Below, in pieces: positions 44,467 through 55,090 of a DNA stretch of 64,000 nucleotides. Source of the DNA: a virus. The notes beneath the pieces are model-generated. The model did not search any database, was not told where the DNA came from, and saw nothing but the letters and a program-made list of their open reading frames with translations. Both the position numbers and the translations under genes were made by a program. The stretch lies in the IMG/VR virus record IMGVR_UViG_3300008262_000008; one strand, given 5' to 3'. The number at the start of each line of letters is the position of its first letter. Position 1 is the stretch's first letter.

Positions 44467-45846
44467 TCACATTAGGTTCTTAACTTGTACACGTCTGTAG
44501 TATACGTTTGCGTTAGCGGTGAGAGCACCGTTACCTTGAGTTAGACCCTCAGCAAATGGGTTAGCAACTAGACCATAACGGGTCTTGAAGCCAATCTTAG
44601 GCTGGAAGGTGTCCTGACCAACGGCACGAACCATCTGGAGAGGAACATATGGGCAATAGAAGAGACCTGCATCATAAGGTGAGGTGCCCTTATAACCCAT
44701 AACATAGAAGTGGTTAGCAGCAACGTTTGCCGAATAAGGATCGACATAAACTTTGATGCGACCGTTGATAGTACCTGCAAGGGTGCTTGAGGTATCATCG
44801 GGGATCTCGTTGGTCTTGCCATTGAGAGGTGAGTTGTAATCGAGAACTCCTGCCATTGCTAGAGCACTTGCAACGTCTGCAGAGCAGATGATGAAGTTAC
44901 CCTTGCCACGACGGGTCTGTTGACCGATTGCGTTAGCATCACGCTCGATCTGGAAGAGTAGACCCTTGAACTTCTCAACTGACCAACGACCGTTGCTATC
45001 AACGTCGAGGTCGAAGATACCAGCGTTAGCAGTGTTGTTCTGAGCACCAGGCTTAGCGATGGTGTAGATAGTACGAACTACTTCGCGGTTGATTTCAGCG
45101 AGAACTTCGGTTGAGAGAATGTTTGCTAGTTCAGTCTCAGCATCAAGACCATGGATTGCCTTGAGGTCTTGTGCGAGTTCTAGCGAGTACTCAGCCTTGA
45201 GTGCGCGTGACTTTGCAGTAACGGTAACTTTCTCGATCGAGAAGCCCATTTCTGCGAAAGCATTTGAACCAGTACCTAGGGTCTCTGATTCATCAGTTCT
45301 CATGCCAGTACCACGGGTATAAGTACCAGGGGTTGCATCGTTAAGAACTGAAGGGTTGGTGCCACTGTGAGCGGTTGAAGAACCGAAACCTGAGGTTCCA
45401 GCTGCATCTCTACCCGAGAAGTCTGAATCTGCTTCGTTGAATAGAGCTTCGGTTGCACCTGCGTTGAAGTCACGGTTAGTACCGTAAGACGAACGCATTG
45501 CGAAAATTAGACCAGTAGGACCAGTCATTGGCTGAACACCGCAGATGTCATAAGCAATAAGCTTAGGCATCGAACGACGAATTAGGCTGATTAGAACTGG
45601 ATCGAAACCTGCAACAGGACCAGTTGAAGTTGCACCGCTGCTAAATCCAGCGAATGATGCACCTGAACCAGTGTTGTTAGTAGGTGATGCTTCTGCAAGC
45701 ATTCCACGCTCTTGGCGAAGGAATTGCTCTTGGTTTTCTAGCAGGACTGAAGTGACAGCCTTCTTGTAAGAATCTTTGATTGGATCAAGATCGTTATGCT
45801 CAAGAATAGGTGCCCACTTTTCCTGCAGATGCTCTGACATGAACAT
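44467..45846 (-). CDS. gp23: Major capsid protein gp23
   Basis: EKWAPIL, GVQPMTGPTGLIFAMR, AKSRALKAEY, GFKTRYG; late promoter CATAAATA at 45889-45896. Confidence 0.98.
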   Translation of the reverse strand: MFMSEHLQEKWAPILEHNDLDPIKDSYKKAVTSVLLENQEQFLRQERGMLAEASPTNNTGSGASFAGFSSGATSTGPVAGFDPVLISLIRRSMPKLIAYDICGVQPMTGPTGLIFAMRSSYGTNRDFNAGATEALFNEADSDFSGRDAAGTSGFGSSTAHSGTNPSVLNDATPGTYTRGTGMRTDESETLGTGSNAFAEMGFSIEKVTVTAKSRALKAEYSLELAQDLKAIHGLDAETELANILSTEVLAEINREVVRTIYTIAKPGAQNNTANAGIFDLDVDSNGRWSVEKFKGLLFQIERDANAIGQQTRRGKGNFIICSADVASALAMAGVLDYNSPLNGKTNEIPDDTSSTLAGTINGRIKVYVDPYSANVAANHFYVMGYKGTSPYDAGLFYCPYVPLQMVRAVGQDTFQPKIGFKTRYGLVANPFAEGLTQGNGALTANANVYYRRVQVKNLM

Positions 45847-45908
45847 TTGCTTATACTCCTTTTTTGGAAAAATTAACTTTGGCTTAATTATTTATGAATT
45901 AATGTAAT

Positions 45909-46940
45909 TCACTTTGACCAACGACTGATTGCACGAACATAAGTGTCCATGCTTCCAGTTAGTTGAACATTTTCGGTTAAAGTATCTTCAACCTGAGTTG
46001 CGGAAGCTGATTTAGCAAAATATGCTTCCTTGAGAGTTTCAACCTTTGTACGGAAATCACTTTCGTTATGAAACTCTACTGCTTCAGCTAGACCTGCTAG
46101 CTTCTCCTTCTGGATCTCAGAAAGACCCATAGAAATCTCATTCACAATCCCATTCTTGACAAAACTGCCCAACTGTTTGTTGAGCTCAACATTAATACTA
46201 ATTTGCTCATTTAGTTTCTCTTCTAGTGCTTCAACTCTAGTTTCAGCGTCACCTAGAAGATCAACCTTTTCTTCAGAGACATCAATATTATGCTCTTGGA
46301 AAAGATTTCTTAGACCTTGGATGATGCTCTCTCCAATTTCTGCTTTAATGCCACTATCAACTGCTAGTTTATTTTCATCTAACCAGTTGGTAGCAACATA
46401 TGAGAGATAACCATCAACCTTTTCTGCTAATTCTGTTTTAATTGTAGCAACTTCCTCTTCAAGAACTTCTGCAAATGCAGCTTCCATGATTGAATATTGC
46501 TCAGATAATTTTGAAGTTAGAGCTGCTTCAAAGATCGTTTTTGCTTTTTCTTTAAAATCTTCTGAAAGATCTTCACCAAAAACTAAAGCATTGACATCTT
46601 CCTCAACGTCAACTTTGAATGCTTCTTCAACAGTTTCTTCTGCTTCATCAGCTTCAACTTCTTCACCTTCTACTTCAGCAAGAACTTCTTCTTCATCTCC
46701 TTCAGTTTCTTCAGCAACTTTACCAGATGCTGCAGAAGGATGAGTAGTAGGAGCGGATGCTTTGCTCACTTTAGCAGCAACTTTTTTACCAGTGCTTTCT
46801 TTATCAGTTGGCTTGGTAGTCTTAACGTCTGGTCCGCCAATAACTTCAGCTTCGTTGCTTAATCCAGATTTTTCAGCAGGTTTCGCACCTCTGGTAACAA
46901 CCTGTTCTTCTGATAGATCGTGTTCAATTTGTGTTGACAT
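45909..46940 (-). CDS. gp22: Prohead core scaffold protein gp22
   Basis: Acidic coiled coil, LSEDFKEKAKTIFEAA; late promoter at 46982-46989. Confidence 0.92.
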   Translation of the reverse strand: MSTQIEHDLSEEQVVTRGAKPAEKSGLSNEAEVIGGPDVKTTKPTDKESTGKKVAAKVSKASAPTTHPSAASGKVAEETEGDEEEVLAEVEGEEVEADEAEETVEEAFKVDVEEDVNALVFGEDLSEDFKEKAKTIFEAALTSKLSEQYSIMEAAFAEVLEEEVATIKTELAEKVDGYLSYVATNWLDENKLAVDSGIKAEIGESIIQGLRNLFQEHNIDVSEEKVDLLGDAETRVEALEEKLNEQISINVELNKQLGSFVKNGIVNEISMGLSEIQKEKLAGLAEAVEFHNESDFRTKVETLKEAYFAKSASATQVEDTLTENVQLTGSMDTYVRAISRWSK

Positions 46941-46990
46941 TATGGAAGTCTCCTTGTCCTAACTTTTCAAATTTCTATATTTATTTATAT

Positions 46991-47635
46991 TCAAAGAGTT
47001 TTCAAATACATTTCAAATGCATTTAATTGTCTTTGTTCAATATTATGACGAGTAGATTCGTCCAAATATTTTTTAATTTTGTTAACAGTAACTTCTTTAA
47101 TAAGACCGTTATCCCAAATCCACTCTTTCCCTTCCATAATTCCATTCACAAATGCGTCAGGTGCGGAAGGATCTGCTACAATGTCAGCAGCAGTGGCAAG
47201 CATAAAATCTTCACCAACATAATTGATACCATTTTTTTCAGTTAGTGAACCCATGCCTCTCGAAGAAACACCGAGTTTTACACCTTCATCAATAAGATTT
47301 TGAGCAATGATGCCCATTGGTGTTGATAAGATTTTTGCCTTACCGATAAAATTATTTCCTTCTCTAGTGAGAGAAATAATTTTATGAGATACTCTGTCTA
47401 AATTAATAGTTGGACCCTCAGGGTGACCGAGTTCTCCAAGTGCTCTATTGTTCTCAACAAAAGTGTTATTATATTTAGCAACTTCTCTATCAAGAATATC
47501 TACATCATAATATCTTCTATTACGATTAGCAAGATTTCCTTGTAAGAAGACGCCTTCAATATATAGATGTTTTTTTCCGTTCTTTTCTTCGGTTAAAACT
47601 TTTACCTCTTCAATTTGTTCGCTAATTAATTTCAT
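46991..47635 (-). CDS. gp21: Prohead protease gp21
   Basis: NRNRR.Y, ALGELGHP, GVSSRGMGS, DIVADPSAPDA. Confidence 0.96.
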   Translation of the reverse strand: MKLISEQIEEVKVLTEEKNGKKHLYIEGVFLQGNLANRNRRYYDVDILDREVAKYNNTFVENNRALGELGHPEGPTINLDRVSHKIISLTREGNNFIGKAKILSTPMGIIAQNLIDEGVKLGVSSRGMGSLTEKNGINYVGEDFMLATAADIVADPSAPDAFVNGIMEGKEWIWDNGLIKEVTVNKIKKYLDESTRHNIEQRQLNAFEMYLKTL

Positions 47636-47808
47636 TCTCCTTCTCCTGCTAATTGATTTGCAATTTCATTCGCAACAACAGTTTTTCTTGCATCAATCAA
47701 ATCAACTGCATGTTGTTGAAATCCCACTTTAATATCATCAACAATATCAGAATTGCTTACATCAGCAAAAATTTTATCTACAATATCAAATGCAATTTGA
47801 CTGGTCAT
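47632..47808 (-). CDS. 58-aa prohead core-like protein (gp67/gp68 position)
   Basis: Translated manually; between gp20 and gp21; CTAAATA at 47831-47837. Confidence 0.65.
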   Translation of the reverse strand: MTSQIAFDIVDKIFADVSNSDIVDDIKVGFQQHAVDLIDARKTVVANEIANQLAGEGE

Positions 47809-47833
47809 AAAAACTCCTTTTTAATAATACTAT

Positions 47834-49191
47834 TTAGAATTCTGCTTTTTTCAATTCTGCAGAAGATGGTTGAGCAGGTTCTGCTGGTGGTGCTGCTTGT
47901 GCCATAGCATTTGGATCTTGTGCGCCCATTGCCATTGGATCCATTCCAGGCATTCCCATACCTGCATCCATTGCCATTGGATCCATGATTTTCCCATCAG
48001 CAATTTCAGTTTCAATCTGACCTTGAATTTCTTCAATTTCAGTATCGGTTTGTCTCAATACTTGTCTCTTAATATATTCCATTGAGAAATATCTACCAAC
48101 ATAAGGATCCATAGCACCAAGAAGTGCTAAACGATCATTCATAATTTCGCTTTCTTTTAATTCATTGAAATAGTTATCTGCAATGAAATCATATTGAATA
48201 TGGTTTTTAATTGCTTCCCAATCTTCAAGAGAAATAATTCCTTTGAGTAATAGTTGAGTTTTTAAAATATCATGGAATAATTCAGAGAATTTTTTACGCA
48301 AACGGTTAATAAATTTTTGAAATTTAATTTCATCTCTGCTAATTTCTGCTGATCTACCAATATTAAAAGTTTGTTCACTTTCTAATCTAGAATCTGGAAC
48401 GTTGAGAGACTTATATAATTTTCTTGAGATAATCTATAGATAACAAGACTATCTTCAATCATGCGAAGTTGGTTAACAGATTTGATTGCCTTATGCAAAT
48501 GACTGATAACCATGTTTTTGTTGAGTTCCAAAATACCAGATGGTACATAGCAAATTGCATCAGGAGCAATCTTAATTCCACTGCTATCTGAACCTCTAAC
48601 TCCTTTGGTATTGTAAATATAATATTCTACAGTTTTTTGCGTAAAAACTTCTGATGGATCAACCGTAGGAATATTTGGTTTGTTATCAATTTCTATAACT
48701 TTTCTAATCTTTCTTGGATCAATATAGCGAAGTTCAATAATTCCTTCTCCAGGTTTAGATGGATCAATTACTTTATGGAAAAATAATCTTCCATCAATAT
48801 ACCAACGACGGAAAAGGTCATATGCTCTATTTTCAAAATCCAACAATTCTAATACATGTTGGAATTCTTCTCTAATTAATTTTTTAATTTTATCCGATGC
48901 GTTTAAATTAGATAATTCAATACTGACAGGAACATCATCTAACCCACCGCAAATACTTTCGTTTACAATATCATCTACTGCTTCATCAACTTCAGGTTGA
49001 ACAGCCATGTCTCTATAACGAGTAATCAACTCCCATTCGTTTTTGACAGTTCCATCAATATCTACATACTGACCAAAGTAACCGCCAGCAACGATAGGAG
49101 TTGCTCCGTCTTGATTGTCCTTTTGAACGAAAGAAGGTCCCTTAGGAACCTTCTTTGCTCTTTCAATAGAGTAACCAAACAAATTTGACAT
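47834..49191 (-). pseudogene. gp20: Portal protein gp20, disrupted by an internal deletion and frameshift near 48426
   Basis: N-terminal part reads to EDSLVIYRLS; the C-terminal part (RKLYKSLNVP...) resumes in another frame; the conserved RAPERRIFYID...LPRREGG block is absent. Confidence 0.85.
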
Positions 49192-49232
49192 ACTATAATA
49201 AACCTAATTCCTCAGAATTATTTATAATACCA

Positions 49233-49847
49233 TCAGATCTGAAGATTATTGTTTGTTGATGGTACACCAACTTTATTCCAGTATTGAACTTGAAGTTCAA
49301 CTGTAAACTCTTCAATAGCATCATTGCTACCAAAATCTAGATCAATTGCACTTACATTTGTTGGGAATACATTTACAAACTGATATGTTGCTTTTGCATT
49401 TCCTTGGCGATCTAGTTGAGTAACACTCATGTTTTTGAAGTAACCTGAGTTTACATTTGATGATCCAGTTGCACCAGTAGTTGCTGATGAAGCACCCAAC
49501 CCAGCAATAGATGAATAGTTTTCATTATTTGCTTGGATTGCTTCAACCCATGCTTCAAATGAATTTCTTAGAACAAAGTTAGTATCATTGAAAACTGTAA
49601 TTGTCCATGCTTCAAATGTTCTGTCGCCTGCAATCTTAAGAGTACGTCCTCTAAAAGGAACCTCTACAACACCAAGTTGTGATGCTGGTAAATTTGCTGC
49701 TTTAACTAGAAAAGCACCTAGTTTTTTAACATCATCTCCAACACCATTAAGAACTGCTGGAAAATCAATGTCTACTTGGAATAGATTAGGTCTTGCAAAG
49801 TCAGTAATGACTGAAGACTTAAAGGTATCGATTGTGGATCTTGCCAT
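49233..49847 (-). CDS. gp19: Tail tube protein gp19
   Basis: ARPNLF, VPFRGR.LKIAGDRTF..W, IEEFTVE. Confidence 0.95.
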   Translation of the reverse strand: MARSTIDTFKSSVITDFARPNLFQVDIDFPAVLNGVGDDVKKLGAFLVKAANLPASQLGVVEVPFRGRTLKIAGDRTFEAWTITVFNDTNFVLRNSFEAWVEAIQANNENYSSIAGLGASSATTGATGSSNVNSGYFKNMSVTQLDRQGNAKATYQFVNVFPTNVSAIDLDFGSNDAIEEFTVELQVQYWNKVGVPSTNNNLQI

Positions 49848-49880
49848 GGTTTTTGTCTCCCGTTAAATTTATTTGGTTAA

Positions 49881-52148
49881 TTACGAAGCAACTTCTTCAA
49901 ATGCAATTCCAGTTCTGGTTGCAATGAATGTTAGGGTAATGTAGTTGATTGTTCTTGTTGGCTTGACATAAATTTCAGCATAGAACTCTCCTCTATCAAC
50001 TGCATCAGGAGGATTATTTTCATCATCGCACTTAACTAGGAAGTCATAAACACCTCTTCTACCTTGAACATCACGAAGATAAGGTTCAACAATATTTCTA
50101 AAGGTCGAACGAGTTGTTGCATCATTTTGTTGGAATAGTTGTTGCTTAGCAGCTGCCCCAATAGTTCTTTCTAGAATTAGGAATAGACGGCGAACGTTAA
50201 TTCTGTCAAATGCTGACTGATAACCGAGCGCAGTTTTATCACCAAATAGGACGATACCTTGACCTGGGAAAGCAACGATTGGATTAACTCTTGAAGAGTA
50301 CAATCTATCTCTTTGTTCTTTGTTTGGTGAATATGCAAGTTTGATTGCATTCCTTAGACCACCTCTTTGGAAACCTGCAGGTGAGAACCAAGCATCGGCT
50401 GTTTCGGTAGTCTGTACACAAAGACCAGCTACATCTCCATTGCAAGCAATATATCTGTAAGTATCATTATACTTATCGTAGATGTACTTATAACCAGTAT
50501 CAAATACTACATAAGAATTGCTTGGCAATTGATCGAAGAATTTGATCATATCTCTAGTGATCATTTCACCATCAACTTTACCAAGTACATCTCCCGAGAA
50601 TGGAGAAATGAACGCCATACAATCTTTTCTTGTATTAACAATATCAATAATCATATTTGCTTTAGCAAGTGTTGCTGGAAGATCAGCTGCACTTGGACCC
50701 ATCAATAAGTAATCAATCTGCCAAACTTCAGGATCAGCAACTAAATTGTAAGCATCTGCAAAGTTTTGATTTGTTAATTCACTTGCTTGTGCTGGTTCAG
50801 CACCATTTCCTAAAGTAAATTTAATAGAAGGACCTCTTAAGGTATTAATGACCAATGAAGAATTTGCTGATTCTGGTTCAACTTTATATGCCGCTGCCGC
50901 TTTAATTAAATCAAATTTAACGTTAACTGCACTCTGACCCCATGCACCAGAGTCTGCATCTACATCAAATAAATCAGAAGAAGTTAGATGCTTACCCCAA
51001 TAGATATATTTTGAATTATTTTTTAATACATCTTTGTAGTAATTATTTTCACCTTGAGTTGATTTAGAATCAGAAGCTTTGGATACATAAGTCCACTTTT
51101 CTAAGAGTGTATTTGGTGTACCTGTAATTTTTCCATCACCATCAAGAACTACTACATGAAGTTCATCATTACGTCCACCTTTTGCAGCTGCAAACTGTGA
51201 AGTACCAGGGCGACCTGCAAGACTGATCCACTTAAGACCTGGAACTACTTCTCTGGTATCATATTCACGATCAACAGAAGAGATTGTTACAACTGTGGAT
51301 GAAGCATCTAGAATAGTGTCTGCAGCAGCGAATTCTGTTGGTGATGTTGGTAGAACATGTACAGTAAGTCTTCTTCTAACTGCAGTATAGTTAGCAGTAA
51401 TAGATCCTTGTGTAATTGTTCCAGTTGCACCAATAACTCCAGAAATTGCGCTTCCAGATGGTCTAGTAATTTCTAATCTCTTTGAGATAGGATCATATGC
51501 AACAATGTTGACAGTCAATGCTCCAATAGTTGCCGCTCCTGGAGTAAGTGGTGCGGTTACGGTAACAGGATTTAAATCTAAAACGATGGAATAGTTGTAT
51601 ACTTTTCCTTGTGCTCCAGATCCAACTCCAACTAAATCTCCACTTGGAGATGCTCCAAAATCCCACTCAACAGCACCTTGACCTGTTGGTGTTGAAAGAA
51701 GTAATACTTGATCAGGACCTGCATCAGTTGCATATACTCTTAAACTGTTACCCCAAACACCAGGAGTTCTAGCAGCAAAGTTGAAATTATTTGAGTTAGA
51801 AGTTTCAACGTTTGTCTCATAGTATTGGAAATTTTGAATTGAAGTATATGAAGTGTTACTATAGTTTGCAGCAGTTTTATAAAGTGTATTATTTGTTCTG
51901 ATAACTTTTAGTGTTCCTCCATAGTTGAGAAACTGAGCTGCTACGAACCAATATCCATAATTAAAATTGTTTGGTTTACCAAAAGTTGCCAAAAGATTTT
52001 TTTCAGATGTGATTGTTACTACTTCGTTAATTGGACCTCTTTCAAAAGGTCCAGCAATAACTCCAACACTAGGAGTTGAGACATTAGTTACCGTAGTAAA
52101 GTCCCTCTCCTGAATAACAATTCCTGGTGAAGATTGAGATGCTGCCAT
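49881..52148 (-). CDS. gp18: Tail sheath protein gp18
   Basis: SPGIVIQERD, WFSPAG..RG, FDRINVRRLF; late promoter at 52189-52196. Confidence 0.96.
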   Translation of the reverse strand: MAASQSSPGIVIQERDFTTVTNVSTPSVGVIAGPFERGPINEVVTITSEKNLLATFGKPNNFNYGYWFVAAQFLNYGGTLKVIRTNNTLYKTAANYSNTSYTSIQNFQYYETNVETSNSNNFNFAARTPGVWGNSLRVYATDAGPDQVLLLSTPTGQGAVEWDFGASPSGDLVGVGSGAQGKVYNYSIVLDLNPVTVTAPLTPGAATIGALTVNIVAYDPISKRLEITRPSGSAISGVIGATGTITQGSITANYTAVRRRLTVHVLPTSPTEFAAADTILDASSTVVTISSVDREYDTREVVPGLKWISLAGRPGTSQFAAAKGGRNDELHVVVLDGDGKITGTPNTLLEKWTYVSKASDSKSTQGENNYYKDVLKNNSKYIYWGKHLTSSDLFDVDADSGAWGQSAVNVKFDLIKAAAAYKVEPESANSSLVINTLRGPSIKFTLGNGAEPAQASELTNQNFADAYNLVADPEVWQIDYLLMGPSAADLPATLAKANMIIDIVNTRKDCMAFISPFSGDVLGKVDGEMITRDMIKFFDQLPSNSYVVFDTGYKYIYDKYNDTYRYIACNGDVAGLCVQTTETADAWFSPAGFQRGGLRNAIKLAYSPNKEQRDRLYSSRVNPIVAFPGQGIVLFGDKTALGYQSAFDRINVRRLFLILERTIGAAAKQQLFQQNDATTRSTFRNIVEPYLRDVQGRRGVYDFLVKCDDENNPPDAVDRGEFYAEIYVKPTRTINYITLTFIATRTGIAFEEVAS

Positions 52149-52236
52149 GTTTATACTCCTAGAAAATTTCCATTTGAGTTTCTAGTAATATTTATAAATT
52201 GATTTATTTCAAATGGGGAAACAGTGCGTGAACATA

Positions 52237-52467
52237 TTACCAGTCAGGATATTCCCACTTATCAAATACTGCAGTGGTGATTCTACTTACAGTTATTCTT
52301 TTAATAGTACATTTTTTGCACTCATATGAATATGCTGATGGATATGATCCTCTGTCTTTTCTAGTCAAATAAAAATCTTCTAATAAGTTTTTTGTTTGAC
52401 CACAAATTCTACATTGACGGTCAACAAATAAAAGATGTTCTAAATTTATTTGACTGAATAAATCCAT
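52237..52467 (-). CDS. Small Zn-finger-like protein (CxxC...CxxC)
   Basis: RQCRICG...YECKKC; start MDLFSQ. Confidence 0.75.
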   Translation of the reverse strand: MDLFSQINLEHLLFVDRQCRICGQTKNLLEDFYLTRKDRGSYPSAYSYECKKCTIKRITVSRITTAVFDKWEYPDW

Positions 52468-54119
52468 TACTGATATTCCCACATAAATGCTCTATCTCCA
52501 TATTCATCTACATGCCAAATTTCACCATCATCATCTACAAAAGTTTGTTGATCGGTTAATCCATCATCAATAAATCCAAATGGAGACATGTCAGCTTCAA
52601 TTGCTTCTCTTTGCTCCTCATAAATTCTTTGACGAACATCATTACTGGTCATCTCTTTAAAGTATGGTTGAGTTGCCAACCAAGAAAAGATAACTAAACA
52701 CATTGCTAAATCGTCATTACAACCATCTTCTGCTTCAAATCCTTGACCTTTTTGGATAAATGTAGTCAGCTCACTAATTACATCGTAATCATTTACGATT
52801 AATTTATCCTCTTCAATTAGTGCTTTTAAATTTGAGCAACCATATTTTTTGACCGCAGTTGTCATGCGAACTCCTAAAGTTGCTTTCTTACCACTAAATC
52901 CCGATCCAACAATTTGTCCTGCTCTACCTCTCATAGAACACATCAATAAATTCTCATACTCCAATTCATATTGTAAGATATCCGCCACTTGCCCACCAAT
53001 ATCATTTACTTCTACAAGAATATATGCTTTATTATAATTTAATGCTGTTTTATGAATTATGCTTGGAAATAAAATTGGTTTAATTTCATTGTTCTTATAT
53101 TTTGCTACAACACGATAAGGTATATCTGTAATATCAATAACAGTAAATGCACTGTAATCATTTGATAGACCTCTTGACACATCCACCGTAATCATGTATT
53201 GTCTATCTTCTATGGAATGTTGATACACATCCAATCCTGCATTAGAAACTACAGGATCCTCATATACCATCAATCTAAGCTTAGATGCAGAAATTAGTGT
53301 ATCAACAGATCCAAGGAATTCACATTCAAACTCAACTCTAAACTGTTGCTCTGAAGTATTTTTAATTGTTTGTTCTTTCCAAGCAGCATCTCTACCTGGG
53401 ACTTCACTCCAATGAACTTCAGTATTTACATATTCATTCTTACCTCTTTCAGCATCATGCCAAAGTTTATAGAACATATTCATACCATGTGGGGTAGAAA
53501 TAATAATTACTTTGGTTGATTTACCAGATGAGATTGTAGGATATACTGAACTGAAAAATTGTTCTGCAATATTTGATGGAACGAATGCAAATTCGTCCAA
53601 GAAAATAATGTTGAATGACATTCCTCGGACAGCAGATGCTGATGTTGAAGCAGCAAGAATTTTAGATCCATTTTCTAATTCAACGGATCCTTTATTCCAA
53701 GAAACAATTCCTTGCTGTAACCATTTCGGCAAATTTTCATAAGATAACTGTAAACGTCCTAGCATCTCTCTAGCAGTAGCTGCTTTGTTTGCTAAGATAG
53801 CAATATTTACATTATCATAAAAAAGAGAATACCATAGTAGGTAAGAAGTTACAATTGTAGATTTTCCTGACTGTCTTGGTAACTTACAAATATTAAAACG
53901 ATGTTTATTAAATTTAGTAACCATTTCTTCTTGAAATGGGTACATATCAAATGGAACTAATCCCTCATCCAATGAGACAATTTTAATATATTTTTTAATA
54001 AAATATATTGGATCATTTTGGCAAGTCATAAATTCTTGCACCTGTTCCTCTGTAAATTCAATAGGAACATTTGCTTTCTTTAAATTAGGATTACCTAAGT
54101 AAATATCGTCAGGACGCAT
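52467..54119 (-). CDS. gp17: Terminase large subunit gp17
   Basis: PRQSGKST, FLDEFAF, ISTPHG, DVSRG, DDLAM. Confidence 0.97.
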   Translation of the reverse strand: MRPDDIYLGNPNLKKANVPIEFTEEQVQEFMTCQNDPIYFIKKYIKIVSLDEGLVPFDMYPFQEEMVTKFNKHRFNICKLPRQSGKSTIVTSYLLWYSLFYDNVNIAILANKAATAREMLGRLQLSYENLPKWLQQGIVSWNKGSVELENGSKILAASTSASAVRGMSFNIIFLDEFAFVPSNIAEQFFSSVYPTISSGKSTKVIIISTPHGMNMFYKLWHDAERGKNEYVNTEVHWSEVPGRDAAWKEQTIKNTSEQQFRVEFECEFLGSVDTLISASKLRLMVYEDPVVSNAGLDVYQHSIEDRQYMITVDVSRGLSNDYSAFTVIDITDIPYRVVAKYKNNEIKPILFPSIIHKTALNYNKAYILVEVNDIGGQVADILQYELEYENLLMCSMRGRAGQIVGSGFSGKKATLGVRMTTAVKKYGCSNLKALIEEDKLIVNDYDVISELTTFIQKGQGFEAEDGCNDDLAMCLVIFSWLATQPYFKEMTSNDVRQRIYEEQREAIEADMSPFGFIDDGLTDQQTFVDDDGEIWHVDEYGDRAFMWEYQ

Positions 54120-54141
54120 AAAATTAATAATTCTATACTAT

Positions 54142-54375
54142 CTATCCATTTACTTTCTTTAAATCTTTTTCTAGAGCATTCATAGTACCTAATCTATCTT
54201 GCCAGGTAGTCCCGCTAGTTGATCCTCTACATGGATTGATACAAGTATCATCTCCAAACCTATTGCAGACTAATCCTGCAAGATCATGGGGATCCCCTTC
54301 TTTCCCCGTACCAGACCAGAAATGTTGCCCTCCGATCCAGCAAGCCCCACATTTAGGGCATGTTTTAGTATCCAT
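54142..54375 (-). CDS. Cys-rich small hypothetical protein
   Basis: CPKCGACW...C...CINPC. Confidence 0.7.
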   Translation of the reverse strand: MDTKTCPKCGACWIGGQHFWSGTGKEGDPHDLAGLVCNRFGDDTCINPCRGSTSGTTWQDRLGTMNALEKDLKKVNG

Positions 54376-54441
54376 TAAAAGTCCTACCAGAATTGGTGAA
54401 CTTATTATATAGGTGGATATTGTATCTGTCAGCTACCAATA

Positions 54442-54858
54442 TTACTTTTTGCGTTTTGAATCCAACACTGAAAAATCTTTTTTCTTAGTTCCCCCATCAT
54501 ATTCCCATGCATATCCTTCAGCAATCATTTGGTTATTGAGAGATGTTACTTCACTGTTGATAAACAGATGTCCGATGATGCGACCATACTTCTCTGTGCT
54601 GTCTGGAAGTTCGGTCTTGATGATAATATCTTTAGCATCTTCTAATCTGTGCTTGAGCCATTCTTTCGATTCGAGACCGTATTTCTTTTCGTTTGTATCT
54701 GCTGTGCGACTTTCAGGAGTATCCACACCAGCCAACCTAATGCGCTTAGTGAGGCTGATGTCAAAACCCAAGTCAATATCAGCATCAATAGTGTCTCCAT
54801 CTACTACCTTTAGAACTGATTTGATGCGGTAGATATAAGGATCTTTAATGTCTGTCAT
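54442..54858 (-). CDS. Staphylococcal nuclease-like (SNase/thermonuclease) protein
   Basis: VVDGDTI, RIRLAGVDTPE, KYGRII, EGYA..Y. Confidence 0.85.
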   Translation of the reverse strand: MTDIKDPYIYRIKSVLKVVDGDTIDADIDLGFDISLTKRIRLAGVDTPESRTADTNEKKYGLESKEWLKHRLEDAKDIIIKTELPDSTEKYGRIIGHLFINSEVTSLNNQMIAEGYAWEYDGGTKKKDFSVLDSKRKK

Positions 54859-54967
54859 TGTCTTTCATCTCTTCGTTAGCCATCCTTAATATATAGTAGA
54901 TGACATATAAAGTGAATAAAAGACCACAACAAAGAATTATGAATACTCCCCAGGGAAAGTCGTTCAT
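54845..54967 (-). CDS. 40-aa membrane peptide
   Basis: Translated manually; one TM helix. Confidence 0.5.
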   Translation of the reverse strand: MNDFPWGVFIILCCGLLFTLYVIYYILRMANEEMKDNDRH

Positions 54968-54973
54968 ATCAAA

Positions 54974-55090
54974 TTATTTTTTCTTTCCGCCGTTCTTTGC
55001 TTTCTTAGCAGTTGCGTTTCCCTGATTTTGTTTAGAGTTCTTTTGACCTCCAGCAGTACCTTTCTTTCCTTTGTTGGGTGACTTAGACAT
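54974..55090 (-). CDS. 38-aa Lys/Gly-rich basic peptide
   Basis: Translated manually; late promoter CATAAATA at 55116-55123. Confidence 0.55.
   Translation of the reverse strand: MSKSPNKGKKGTAGGQKNSKQNQGNATAKKAKNGGKKK

Noticed and set aside
48380-48450. Programmed frameshift or ribosomal bypass to rescue gp20
   Set aside because: Conserved coding sequence is missing rather than interrupted, and there is no slippery heptamer plus stimulator
5922-54119. Inteins or group I introns in nrdA, nrdB, gp41, gp43 or terL
   Set aside because: All have normal lengths and continuous motifs, with no insertion-sized segments
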